Shown: positions 42,298 to 50,844 of the stretch, piece by piece | Position numbering within the stretch: the stretch's first letter is position 1 | Layout: each line of letters begins with the position of its first letter | Origin: a virus | DNA: 55,948 bases | Virus record (IMG/VR): IMGVR_UViG_3300037473_000309 | Strand: one strand, 5' to 3' | Made by a program: the position numbers and the translations under genes | The notes under the pieces: generated by a model | The model's input: the letters and a program-made list of their open reading frames with translations, nothing else | Told to the model about the DNA's origin: nothing | The model's database searches: none

Positions 42298-43680
42298 ATG
42301 CCTCCTAGGTGTGCTAAATCCTCAATAGTATCAGTAGCATTCCCTGCGTGGGTATGGCTTCGTGCTCCTCATGAGCAATTCATGTATTGTTCTTATGCAA
42401 TATCATTAGCATTACGTGATTCAGTACGTTGTAGACGTCTTATGCTTTCATCATGGTATCAAAAACGTTGGGGTAATAGATTTAAGCTTGTAGGAGATCA
42501 AAACACTAAAGGCAGATTCGATAACATGCAGGGGGGTTATCGAATGACAACATCCACAGGAGGAAGTATTACAGGTGAAGGAGGTAATATGCTTATTGCT
42601 GATGATCCTAATAATACTAAAGACGGTGATAATTCAGATATAAAACGTGAACGTACTATTGAATGGTGGAATCATGTATGGTCTACAAGGTTAAATGATA
42701 AAAAAAATGACTGTAGGGTAGTTGTACAACAAAGATATCACTTAAGAGATGTAACAGGTTATATAACATCTCATGATGATTTAAAGGAATGGACAAAGCT
42801 TATTCTCCCTATGGAATATGAACAAGAGAATAAAACTTCTACTATAATACTTCCATCCACTAACGGTAAACTATGGACTGATCCACGTACTAAAGAAGGT
42901 GAGTTATTATGGCCTGAGAGATTTGATGAGGCAGCTGTTAAAAGCTTAAAAAATGACCTTGGTAGTGAAGCAGCCATAGCAGGTCAATTACAACAAAGAC
43001 CTGCATCTAAAGAAGGTAATATCATTAAAAAAGCATGGTTTCAATGGTGGAAAGATACTACACCTCCCAAGATTGAATTTGTTGTACAATCTTGGGACAC
43101 AGCTTTTTCAGAAAAGAAAACATCTGCGTATTCAGCATGTACAACATGGGGAGTATTTTATGATGATCATTATATAGAGCATATTATCTTATTATCTATG
43201 TGGAGAGGAAGGGTAGAATATGTAGAGCTTAGAGAAATGGCTAAGCGTTTATATTTTGATTATAGAGATACTGGTAAGATACATGAGCCTAAATTTAGAG
43301 GTAGACCTATAGATTTATTTCTTATAGAAGCAAGAGCTTCGGGGGATCCATTAATAAAAGACTTGCAATTAGGAGGTATTAAAGCTATACCTGTTGATCC
43401 TACTGGTAGAGGAAATAAAATACAAAGGTTAAACTTTATAACTCCTTTACTTGAAGGTGAGCGTGTATGGTTACCAGCACGAGGACCATCATATGATCAT
43501 TTGTTACCATTTGCAGATGAGTTTTTAGAGAATGTAGCTTGTTATCCTAACTTAGAAAGTAATGATATAGTAGATACTATGAGTCAAGCCTTTATGAAAT
43601 TAAAAACAGGTATGTTCTTATTAAATCCAAGAGATGAAAGACCTGAGCCAATACAATATAAAGAAACTAAGGTGTATTAA
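42298..43680 (+). CDS. terL: Terminase large subunit (first ATG; homologous N-terminal sequence continues upstream to at least ~42085 with no ATG/GTG/TTG)
   Basis: Walker A is LIINMPPRCAKSS. SYAISLALRDSVRCRRLMLSSWYQKRWG and LIADDPNN (Walker B) are also present. The C-terminal nuclease part is QSWDTAF...EARASG...SNDIVDT. Upstream in frame: SLYEFLKQAWNASVIDGDKEFIEGWHIRIICEHLEAVANRQIKNLIIN. Confidence 0.85.
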   Translation: MPPRCAKSSIVSVAFPAWVWLRAPHEQFMYCSYAISLALRDSVRCRRLMLSSWYQKRWGNRFKLVGDQNTKGRFDNMQGGYRMTTSTGGSITGEGGNMLIADDPNNTKDGDNSDIKRERTIEWWNHVWSTRLNDKKNDCRVVVQQRYHLRDVTGYITSHDDLKEWTKLILPMEYEQENKTSTIILPSTNGKLWTDPRTKEGELLWPERFDEAAVKSLKNDLGSEAAIAGQLQQRPASKEGNIIKKAWFQWWKDTTPPKIEFVVQSWDTAFSEKKTSAYSACTTWGVFYDDHYIEHIILLSMWRGRVEYVELREMAKRLYFDYRDTGKIHEPKFRGRPIDLFLIEARASGDPLIKDLQLGGIKAIPVDPTGRGNKIQRLNFITPLLEGERVWLPARGPSYDHLLPFADEFLENVACYPNLESNDIVDTMSQAFMKLKTGMFLLNPRDERPEPIQYKETKVY

Positions 43681-43682
43681 AA

Positions 43683-43838
43683 ATGGAAAATATTAAGTTA
43701 CCTTTAAATTTACTAGATTTACTTCCAACCAATGTTGATGATTTAGAAGAAATGGATATTATTTGCAATAGATTTGGTAAAAAATATAAATTAATATATC
43801 TACATAATGAATTTTTATGGATGAGAATAGAAGAATAA
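43683..43838 (+). CDS. Hypothetical small protein (not in the ORF track)
   Basis: 51-aa ORF MENIKLPLNLLDLLPTNVDDLEEMDIICNRFGKKYKLIYLHNEFLWMRIEE, 2 nt after the terL stop. Confidence 0.3.
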   Translation: MENIKLPLNLLDLLPTNVDDLEEMDIICNRFGKKYKLIYLHNEFLWMRIEE

Positions 43839-44014
43839 AGATATTAAAAATGAATAAATTACAAAGAATAAAAAGTTTTATCAAAGAAACATCTAATTAT
43901 TTTATTTCTATTACATCATTAACTTTAGCTGTATTTGCTGTTTTAATATTTATAATATTAGCAATATTTGGCATATGTTCTATGATATATGATGTAATAA
44001 AAATGGTAATTTAA
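43817..44014 (+). CDS. Small single-TM protein
   Basis: 65-aa track ORF; ATG 43850 is an alternative start. The TM segment is ISITSLTLAVFAVLIFIILAIFGICSMIY. Confidence 0.4.
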   Translation: MDENRRIKILKMNKLQRIKSFIKETSNYFISITSLTLAVFAVLIFIILAIFGICSMIYDVIKMVI

Positions 44015-44033
44015 ATAATAAGGAGTAATAAAA

Positions 44034-44396
44034 ATGAAAACAGCTAGAGGATTCTATAGTAAAGAATTTAAATTAAATGCAGTAAAACTATATATAAATC
44101 GTGAAAGAGGAAAAAGTATATCAACGCTAGCTAAAGAATTAAAAATTTCTGCACCTACATTGAGTGCTTGGGTTTTATATTATAGAGATAGAGGAGAAGA
44201 TGGTTTAGTTGAAAATATAACTGAAGTTAATTGTAACACCTATGAAGCATTAAAATTAAATAGTCTTAAAACTGAATTAGATGTTATGCAACAAGCTTAT
44301 AATGGTCTTAAGAAGCAATTGATAGAAATAACAAAAGAACGTGATAATATGAAAAAAGCGATTGAAACGTTTGTTAGTAGTTTAGTGAGTAATTAA
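44034..44396 (+). CDS. IS3/IS911 OrfA-type (transposase_8-like) HTH protein with a coiled-coil tail; no OrfB partner
   Basis: YSKEFKLNAVKLYINRERGKSISTLAKELKISAPTLSAWVLYYRDRGEDGL followed by a heptad-rich C-terminus. An AAGGAG Shine-Dalgarno is present. Confidence 0.6.
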   Translation: MKTARGFYSKEFKLNAVKLYINRERGKSISTLAKELKISAPTLSAWVLYYRDRGEDGLVENITEVNCNTYEALKLNSLKTELDVMQQAYNGLKKQLIEITKERDNMKKAIETFVSSLVSN

Positions 44397-44397
44397 A

Positions 44398-44568
44398 ATG
44401 AACAATGATATAAAAGAATTTTTCCAAGATTTAATGAAGGATAGATTAAATGATGATCTTTTAGAAGATTTTATTGATTTAATGTTAAAAGATTGTACTA
44501 AAGAACAAATATTAGATTTTGTATGTAGACAACATCAAGAAGTTCTTACAATCTTACTAAGAAAATAA
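44398..44568 (+). CDS. Hypothetical small acidic protein (not in the ORF track)
   Basis: 56-aa ORF MNNDIKEFFQDLMKDRLNDDLLEDFIDLMLKDCTKEQILDFVCRQHQEVLTILLRK. It starts 1 nt after the upstream stop. Confidence 0.3.
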   Translation: MNNDIKEFFQDLMKDRLNDDLLEDFIDLMLKDCTKEQILDFVCRQHQEVLTILLRK

Positions 44569-44587
44569 GATGGTAACAAATTGCCAC

Positions 44588-44875
44588 CTACTTTTCATAC
44601 CTAATAAATATTAATTTTAATATCCCTATTACCAGACTTAATATAAGAAAATAAAGAGATATTTCAGAAATTATTTCCCCGTAATAATTTTTTAAAAAGT
44701 AAGATTTTAAATATTGCATAAGATGGTCATTAATAAACCTACTAATTACAATCCCACTTATGATTATAGAAATGCTAATAATTACTAATTCAAATGTTTT
44801 TAAAAGATTTTTCATTATTACATTTAATTTGTGATAAAGAGTATAATAGGGAGGGCTTAGAAGTTTTATCTTCAA
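44588..44875 (-). CDS. Small membrane protein (2-3 TM)
   Basis: 95 aa. Hydrophobic stretches are FELVIISISIIISGIVISRFI and ISEISLYFLILSLVIGILKLIFI. It is antiparallel to the surrounding genes. Confidence 0.4.
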   Translation of the reverse strand: MKIKLLSPPYYTLYHKLNVIMKNLLKTFELVIISISIIISGIVISRFINDHLMQYLKSYFLKNYYGEIISEISLYFLILSLVIGILKLIFIRYEK

Positions 44876-44929
44876 TCAATTAATGGAGGTAAAGTGATTT
44901 CTTTTTTAGAGATAAGCCCATAAATCGTT

Positions 44930-44973
44930 ATACTAAGTCATATATTAATTTAGGAAAATATATGACTTAGTAT
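44930..44973. repeat. Perfect 16-bp inverted repeat with a 12-nt spacer
   Basis: ATACTAAGTCATATAT (44930-44945), taatttaggaaa, ATATATGACTTAGTAT (44958-44973). Confidence 0.9.
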
Positions 44974-45190
44974 TATGTCTACAAATATAATAGCTACAAT
45001 ACATCTGTATTTTCAATATGATATATTTCCTATGAAAAGTCAATATTTAAAATGTGAGATAAGCTAGGACTAAGTCAGTAAAACTGCAAAGACACCTGAT
45101 ATGAAATCAACGTTTACTTATCCCACATTGCGTCTTCTAAAGCGCAATAAAAGATAGCATTTTATATTTATAATTTCAACTAAATAAAAT

Positions 45191-45267
45191 TGGTCGGAGT
45201 AGAAAGATTTGAACTTTCGACCTCCTGTACCCAAAACAGGTGCGCTCCCAAGCTGCGCTATACTCCG
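45191..45267 (-). tRNA. tRNA-Pro: tRNA-Pro (anticodon TGG), CCA encoded
   Basis: Reverse complement reads CGGAGTA-TA-GCGC-AGCTTGGGA-GCGC-A-CCTGT-TTTGGGT-ACAGG-AGGTC-GAAAG-TTCAAAT-CTTTC-TACTCCG-A-CCA. Confidence 0.9.
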
Positions 45268-45269
45268 AT

Positions 45270-45656
45270 TTAAATCTTTATCTTCGCTTCTACGAATTCA
45301 TCTAAACATTCTTTAATTTTAAAATTCTCATCCTTATCAAAAAGAATCTTTTTAGGTAAAACTAAAAACGGAATACCCCTTTTCTTATATTCTTCCTTTT
45401 CCGGAAATTCTTCCATCAATGGAATTATAAAAATTACATTTAAATTCACATCAACATTAGCATTATACGGTTGAAAGACATTATTTAAATTTTCATGAAA
45501 TTTTTTAATAGTAATATTAGTTGTTACTATTAAATGTTTACTATCTTCTCGTAAAATATAATAATTTTCTAAATTTTTAATGTTTTGTATAAATTTATCT
45601 AATATTTTTGCCATTAATAGTGTATAATAGTTAAGTTCAGTAATAATGATTAACAT
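45270..45656 (-). CDS. Hypothetical protein
   Basis: 128-aa ORF; an alternative start is at Met15 (45614). Its stop lies 2 nt upstream of the tRNA-Pro 5' end. Confidence 0.45.
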   Translation of the reverse strand: MLIIITELNYYTLLMAKILDKFIQNIKNLENYYILREDSKHLIVTTNITIKKFHENLNNVFQPYNANVDVNLNVIFIIPLMEEFPEKEEYKKRGIPFLVLPKKILFDKDENFKIKECLDEFVEAKIKI

Positions 45657-45703
45657 TATACGTTAATCTTTTTATTTCGTAAAATAGAATTTTAAAAATC
45701 TTA

Positions 45704-48043
45704 ATGAAGATAGAAGATAGTATTTTAGCTAATCTTAATGATGAAGACATTAGAGAACTTCATGAATTAGAGGATGGGACATCCGTTTACGAAATAGGTC
45801 CTTCTCAAGAGGAAGAAGCAGAAGAACCTGAGTCCTTTTATGGTAATCTTGCAGGTACAGTTGTTAGTGATAGTTCTTTAAAGAAATTATCTGTTTTTCT
45901 ATTAGAAGCTATTGATAAAGATAGAGAAGCTAGCGAAAAATGGATGAAAACCCTTAAAAAGGTGAAAGAATATCTAGGTTTTGATGTTGAGGATCTAAAA
46001 AGTAGTCCATTCAAAGAGGCTACACGTACATTTGATACTACCTTATCAAATGCATTAATAAGATATTACGCTAATATTAGAAGCGAATTATTACCAAATG
46101 CAGGTCCTGTAGGTTATAGACTTAAAGGTTATCCAACTGAGGAATTAGAAGAGAAAGGGGAAAAAACTAGGGATTTTCTTAATAATCATTTATTGCGTGT
46201 TGATAAGGATTTTTATCCTAATTATGAGCGTTTTCTAATGCATTTGGGATTTGATGGTAGTTCATGTAGAAAAATTTATTTAGATAAAGCTTTAAATCGT
46301 CCTATTAGTAGATTTATCCCTGCTGAAGATTTTATTATTGATGCTGATTGTAATTCTATAAGTGATTCACAACGTATTACTCATATTTTACATTTATCTA
46401 AAAGAGATATATTACTAAATCAGCAAAATGGTACATATAGAAATGTTGATTTACCTTACTTAAAAACAATGGAAAATACCGATGAGGTATTAAAAAATGA
46501 AAGTAATTTTGAAAAAAAAGATGTAGATTTAAGTGTTTATGAAAAACGGTCGTTATTTCCTATATATGAGTGCCATGTTTATCTTAACCTGGATGATTTT
46601 AGTGATAGAAAAGATATAGATGAGAAAAGCATACCTTTACCATTTATAGTTATATTAGATCCTAATTCAAAGGAAATTTTATCTATTTGTCGCAATTGGC
46701 GAGAAGAAGATCCTAATAAGGATAGGATTAATTATTTTGTATTATACAATTATTTAATAGGTTTTGGTATAAGAGGATTAGGTCTTGCTCATATGCTAGG
46801 ATCTAATGCTATCAGTTTAACTACAATCCTTAGAGAATTAATTGATGCAGGTAAATTTCAAAACTTACCTGGTGGGTTACGTAAGCAAGGAGCATCTAAA
46901 CAGCAACAAAATAACATTGTTATAGGACCAGGTGAATTTGTACAAGTAGATACTTTTGGTGAAGATCTTGAAAAAGTATTCATGCCTTTACCATATTCAG
47001 GTCCTTCTCAAGCATTAAGTGCATTATCTGATAGAGTTATAGAACAGACCAAAGAACTAGGTGCAACAGGTGAACTTGGGATGTTAGATTCAAGGGAAGC
47101 TATTGCACCTTCTACTTTAATAATGGCACTTGAGAATAATAATAAAATTCAAAGTGTTATATCTGAATCTATCCATTGTTCATTCAATCAGGAATTACAA
47201 CTTATATATGATATATTTAAAAATACATTAGATGATGATTTTTCTGAGTATATCAACGGTAAAGAAATAACACTTAATGATTTTGTAGATGAAATAGAAA
47301 TCATACCAGTTTCAAATCCTTCTTCTAACTCTACTATTCATAAGCTTGTAAGAGCTCAATCTATGCTTGAAACAGCAATGATGGCGCCTGATCAACATAA
47401 TATGTATGAAGTATTTAAATATAATTATAAAGCGCAAGGAATACCTGAAACTGAAATAGATAGAATATTACCTGATCCAACTAGCGGTGAAACTGAGGAA
47501 GTTTTAGCCATGGATCCTTTAACGGAGAATTTAAACATACTAGCTGGTAAACCTGTTCAAGCTGCTAAATGGCAAGATCATGCTTCACATAAATTAATAC
47601 ATGGTTTATGGGCTGAACAGAATGCAGATAAACCTGAAGTGCAAGCAGCCATAGTAGCGCATAACAAAGAACATGTTGCTATGGAATATTTAGTTCAAAT
47701 GGAACAAATATTAGGTTATGAGTTACCACCTCTTCAAGAATTAATGAATCCAGAAGTTCAAAATCATATTGCTTTTACTATTGCTCAAAATATCAATCAG
47801 ACTATGGATGAAAATGCTCCTCCTGCACCTATTGATCCTAACCAGTTAATATTAGCTGATATTCAACAGAAAGAGAAACAAGCTGAAACACAGGAACGGA
47901 TAGCTAACATGAAAGCTGAAACTGATGTATTCAAAACTCAAATGGATTTTGAAAAACATAAAGCCAAAATAGAATCTGAAGAAGATATAGCAGTATTAAA
48001 AGCTGAAACAGAATTAACAAGACAAGAGATGCAAAATGGATAG
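45704..48043 (+). CDS. Portal protein
   Basis: 779 aa, the first large head-module gene after terL. Size, the central YNYLIGFGIRGLGLAHMLG...LIDAGKFQNLPGGL region and a long charged coiled-coil C-terminus fit recalled podovirus portals; not profile-verified. Confidence 0.7.
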   Translation: MKIEDSILANLNDEDIRELHELEDGTSVYEIGPSQEEEAEEPESFYGNLAGTVVSDSSLKKLSVFLLEAIDKDREASEKWMKTLKKVKEYLGFDVEDLKSSPFKEATRTFDTTLSNALIRYYANIRSELLPNAGPVGYRLKGYPTEELEEKGEKTRDFLNNHLLRVDKDFYPNYERFLMHLGFDGSSCRKIYLDKALNRPISRFIPAEDFIIDADCNSISDSQRITHILHLSKRDILLNQQNGTYRNVDLPYLKTMENTDEVLKNESNFEKKDVDLSVYEKRSLFPIYECHVYLNLDDFSDRKDIDEKSIPLPFIVILDPNSKEILSICRNWREEDPNKDRINYFVLYNYLIGFGIRGLGLAHMLGSNAISLTTILRELIDAGKFQNLPGGLRKQGASKQQQNNIVIGPGEFVQVDTFGEDLEKVFMPLPYSGPSQALSALSDRVIEQTKELGATGELGMLDSREAIAPSTLIMALENNNKIQSVISESIHCSFNQELQLIYDIFKNTLDDDFSEYINGKEITLNDFVDEIEIIPVSNPSSNSTIHKLVRAQSMLETAMMAPDQHNMYEVFKYNYKAQGIPETEIDRILPDPTSGETEEVLAMDPLTENLNILAGKPVQAAKWQDHASHKLIHGLWAEQNADKPEVQAAIVAHNKEHVAMEYLVQMEQILGYELPPLQELMNPEVQNHIAFTIAQNINQTMDENAPPAPIDPNQLILADIQQKEKQAETQERIANMKAETDVFKTQMDFEKHKAKIESEEDIAVLKAETELTRQEMQNG

Positions 48044-48195
48044 AAAACGTATTAAAGAATTGAAAATAGAAGATCTATTTGATCCTTTGTATGACGAAGA
48101 AAAGAAAGCACGAGATAAATGGAAAAGACAACAAAAATTGGAGAAAGAAAATGAGTAAAGAAACATTTAATACTAAACAACAAGAGGAAAACTAA

Positions 48196-48759
48196 ATGGA
48201 TTTCAAATATTTAAAATCAGGTTACCAAGGAAAACCTGATCAAATGAGAGAATTAGCTGAAAAATTAACAGATCCAAGAAGAGGTCATGAAGCTGAATTT
48301 ACATTCTCTAAATCTGCCGCTGATAGAGAAAGAATGAGACCTTATAAAACAGGTGGAATGGTTTGTAAAGATGATGACAAGAAAATACGTATGAGTAGTA
48401 ATTATCATATAGAAAAGATGAAAAAAGATATTTCCAAAGAAGAGGAAAAAGAAAGAAAAGCAGAACGTGAAAAAAGAGAAGAAAAAGAAAGAGAGAAGGA
48501 AAGAATTAAAGCTGATCCAGGTTACAGAAAAGGTGGTCATGTAAAACATTGTGATAAAAATTCCAAATATGCAATGGGTGGAATAGCTAAAGAAAGACTT
48601 GATGAAGGTTATAAAAAAGGTGGGCAAATAAAAGACTGTGATAAAAAACAAAAATTTGCAGCAGGTGGAGGTGTTATAGCCATGGTAAGGCTTGGCGAAG
48701 CTACCAAAGATGGTAATCAAATATTAAAGAAAAAGAAATCATATACAAATAATTTTTAA
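48196..48759 (+). CDS. Lys/Glu-rich head-module protein with repeated KGG(H/Q)(V/I)K.CDK...GG motifs
   Basis: 187 aa. YRKGGHVKHCDKNSKYAMGG and YKKGGQIKDCDKKQKFAAGG are internal repeats. A polypurine coding tract runs 48430-48510. Confidence 0.5.
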   Translation: MDFKYLKSGYQGKPDQMRELAEKLTDPRRGHEAEFTFSKSAADRERMRPYKTGGMVCKDDDKKIRMSSNYHIEKMKKDISKEEEKERKAEREKREEKEREKERIKADPGYRKGGHVKHCDKNSKYAMGGIAKERLDEGYKKGGQIKDCDKKQKFAAGGGVIAMVRLGEATKDGNQILKKKKSYTNNF

Positions 48760-48762
48760 ACA

Positions 48763-48948
48763 ATGATTTTACATGAAAGATTATTAAGAAATCTTCGTCA
48801 AAGAAGAGAAGAATTAATAAATCTCTTATTATCGGAAAATACAAATTTTGATAATTACCGATTTTATACCGGTAAAATTAAAGGGATTGATGATTCCATA
48901 GAGATTATTAAAGGTGTTTTTAGGGGAATAGATGAAATTGACGGATGA
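48763..48948 (+). CDS. Hypothetical protein
   Basis: 61-aa ORF. Confidence 0.4.
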   Translation: MILHERLLRNLRQRREELINLLLSENTNFDNYRFYTGKIKGIDDSIEIIKGVFRGIDEIDG

Positions 48949-49258
48949 AGAATTTAAATCATTTAAAAATAAACTTTTAAATGATTATAGTGAGGGAGAA
49001 ATAGAAAAATTAATGAATTTAAATACAGACGATATAAAAGATTATATTAATTTTTTAAAGACGTTTCATCTTGGGACTGCTAATGGTGATTATAATATTC
49101 TTTATATGCCGCATTTTCCAATAATTGATAAATTAGTAGATAAATTAAAAAATATTAATATATGTATACCTTGTGAAATTAAAGAAATTTTAAGGTCTTT
49201 ATCAAGGGAAATGTTAATTGATGAAATTAAACAAAAGGGAGAGGTAAAAAATGGATAA
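48932..49258 (+). CDS. Hypothetical protein
   Basis: 108-aa ORF overlapping both neighbours. Confidence 0.4.
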   Translation: MKLTDEEFKSFKNKLLNDYSEGEIEKLMNLNTDDIKDYINFLKTFHLGTANGDYNILYMPHFPIIDKLVDKLKNINICIPCEIKEILRSLSREMLIDEIKQKGEVKNG

Positions 49259-49751
49259 TAGAACATTTATAGAAAAATTTAATGATGTTGGGAATGTTTT
49301 AACCCCAGATCAAATGAAAGAAGCTTTTGAAAAAGAAGCAAAAAAAGTTAGTGATAAGATAATTGAATATGTTGATGAAGGTATTGATATCAATACCTTT
49401 GATAAAGAAGCTGAAATAGCAAAATTTGAAGATTGTGAAGCTCCTTTATGGCAAATAGTTGTACGTTTATACACTTCTCCTGAGAAAACCAAAGGGGGTT
49501 TATATCTTACTGCTAAAACCAGAGAAGATGAACAATACAAAACTATTGTAGGTTTAGTAGTTAAAATCTCACCAGGTTCATATAAAGATAGTAGATATAA
49601 AGACACTGGTCCTGCATGTAAGGTAGGTGATTGGGTAGTAATAGCAAGGCATTCGGGGCTAAGAATGAAATATAACGGGCTACCGATATTTTGTACCAAA
49701 GAAGATGGTATAGAATTGATAGTAAAAGACCCAAGAAGCATAGAGAGGTAA
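49251..49751 (+). CDS. GroES/Cpn10-like co-chaperonin-fold protein with a ~60-aa N-terminal extension
   Basis: WQIVVRLYTSPEKTKGGLYLTAKTREDEQYKTIVGLVVKISPG...CKVGDWVVIARHSGLRMKYNGLPIFCTKEDGIELIV parallels the GroES pattern (DRV.V..E.E.KT.GGI.L...A.EK...G.VVAVG.G...VKVGD.V.F..Y.GTE.K.DG..Y......DIL). Confidence 0.55.
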   Translation: MDNRTFIEKFNDVGNVLTPDQMKEAFEKEAKKVSDKIIEYVDEGIDINTFDKEAEIAKFEDCEAPLWQIVVRLYTSPEKTKGGLYLTAKTREDEQYKTIVGLVVKISPGSYKDSRYKDTGPACKVGDWVVIARHSGLRMKYNGLPIFCTKEDGIELIVKDPRSIER

Positions 49752-49764
49752 AATATAGTAATAT

Positions 49765-50844
49765 ATGGATCAATATAATAATGACGAAAGAATGGATCAA
49801 GCAGATCGTATAAAGGAGATAGAAAATCTTCCTGAAGTACAAAATATGTTTGATGAAATTGATAAGTTGCAAGGTAGAATCCCTGAAAAAAGGGAAGAAC
49901 CAGAGCAAGAAGAAATTAAAGTAGAAGAGTCTCAAATTCCTGAGAATTCTGAAACAGAAGATGAGAATCAATATCCTGAACATGAACAAGAATTTGATCA
50001 TGACGATGTAGATGAGGAAGAAGTTAAACCACTACCGGGTAAAAGATCTAGTAAATTTAGAAAACTATATAATGACAGATATAGAGCTAGAATTGAAAAA
50101 GAAGAAGCGCTTAAGAGAGTAGCTGAACTTGAAGCAATGCTTGAAGAATCTTTAAGTACTGGTACATACCATTATGGTAAAAGTGTATATGCTGAACAAG
50201 ATAGAGCTAAACAGGATGCTAAAAAAGCGTTTGATGAAGGGAATATAGACGCATATTTAGAGGCTCAGATAGCTCTGACAAAAGCTACTAATGCTGTGCA
50301 TGATTTAGAAAGATGGGCTAATGAAAGTGAAGCTAAAAGGAATTCATTTTCTAATCAAAGATCTAATTATTCGAATCAAGAATATGATAATCAAGCTATT
50401 CAACAAGATATAGTTAATGATTGGCTTGATACTCATCCTTATTTGAAAATTAATTCTAAAAGTTTTGATCCTACTATGTATGGGAATGTAACTTCTTTTA
50501 TGAGTAGATTAGAAAATAATTTACAAAAGAATGATGCTACGGATGTAATAGGTTCTGAAGAGTATTTTGATACTATTGATGATTATATTAAATCTATAAA
50601 AGCCCCTAAACGTGATAGTGCAAGAAATAGGGAATATTTAGCTAATGCTAGTGGTGTCAGAAAGGTATCAACTTCAGGAAATAATAAATCTTCATTACCG
50701 GATAATCAGGTTACATTAAATACTGATGAAAAAGAATTAGCAGAAAGATTGGGTTATAGTAATCAAGAATATTTGAAATTTAAGATCTATCGCATGCAAA
50801 ATCCAGACAATATTTATAATGGGTATAACAAATATGGAAAATAG
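49765..50844 (+). CDS. Scaffolding-like protein (acidic N-terminus, long helical/coiled-coil regions)
   Basis: 359 aa. The assignment rests on composition and position between the portal and capsid genes; there is no motif proof. Confidence 0.45.
   Translation: MDQYNNDERMDQADRIKEIENLPEVQNMFDEIDKLQGRIPEKREEPEQEEIKVEESQIPENSETEDENQYPEHEQEFDHDDVDEEEVKPLPGKRSSKFRKLYNDRYRARIEKEEALKRVAELEAMLEESLSTGTYHYGKSVYAEQDRAKQDAKKAFDEGNIDAYLEAQIALTKATNAVHDLERWANESEAKRNSFSNQRSNYSNQEYDNQAIQQDIVNDWLDTHPYLKINSKSFDPTMYGNVTSFMSRLENNLQKNDATDVIGSEEYFDTIDDYIKSIKAPKRDSARNREYLANASGVRKVSTSGNNKSSLPDNQVTLNTDEKELAERLGYSNQEYLKFKIYRMQNPDNIYNGYNKYGK

Noticed and set aside
44034-44396. Active IS3-family insertion sequence
   Set aside because: Only an OrfA-like HTH gene is present. 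There is no frameshift-linked OrfB/DDE transposase ORF, and I found no terminal inverted repeats. It is treated as a domesticated or remnant HTH gene, or a TerS-like protein.
45191-45267. tRNA-Pro as an attP/integration site indicating a temperate lifestyle
   Set aside because: The tRNA is full-length with its own CCA. No tyrosine or serine recombinase-like ORF is recognisable anywhere in the closed genome. The idea is kept only as a low-probability alternative in the structured-region finding.
48430-48510. Polypurine tract as a functional triplex or repeat element
   Set aside because: It is fully explained as coding sequence for a Lys/Glu/Arg-rich segment (EEEKERKAEREKREEKEREKER). No independent evidence supports a structural DNA role.
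48265-48720. 151-aa minus-strand ORF antisense to 48196..48759
   Set aside because: It is an artefact of the polypurine (Lys/Glu-coding) tract, giving a Phe/Ser-rich low-complexity translation. The sense-strand ORF fits the operon.
49310-50001. Minus-strand ORFs 49310..49741 and 49561..50001
   Set aside because: They are antisense to well-supported + strand genes (GroES-like and scaffold-like). Their sequence is low-complexity, and there is no start context.
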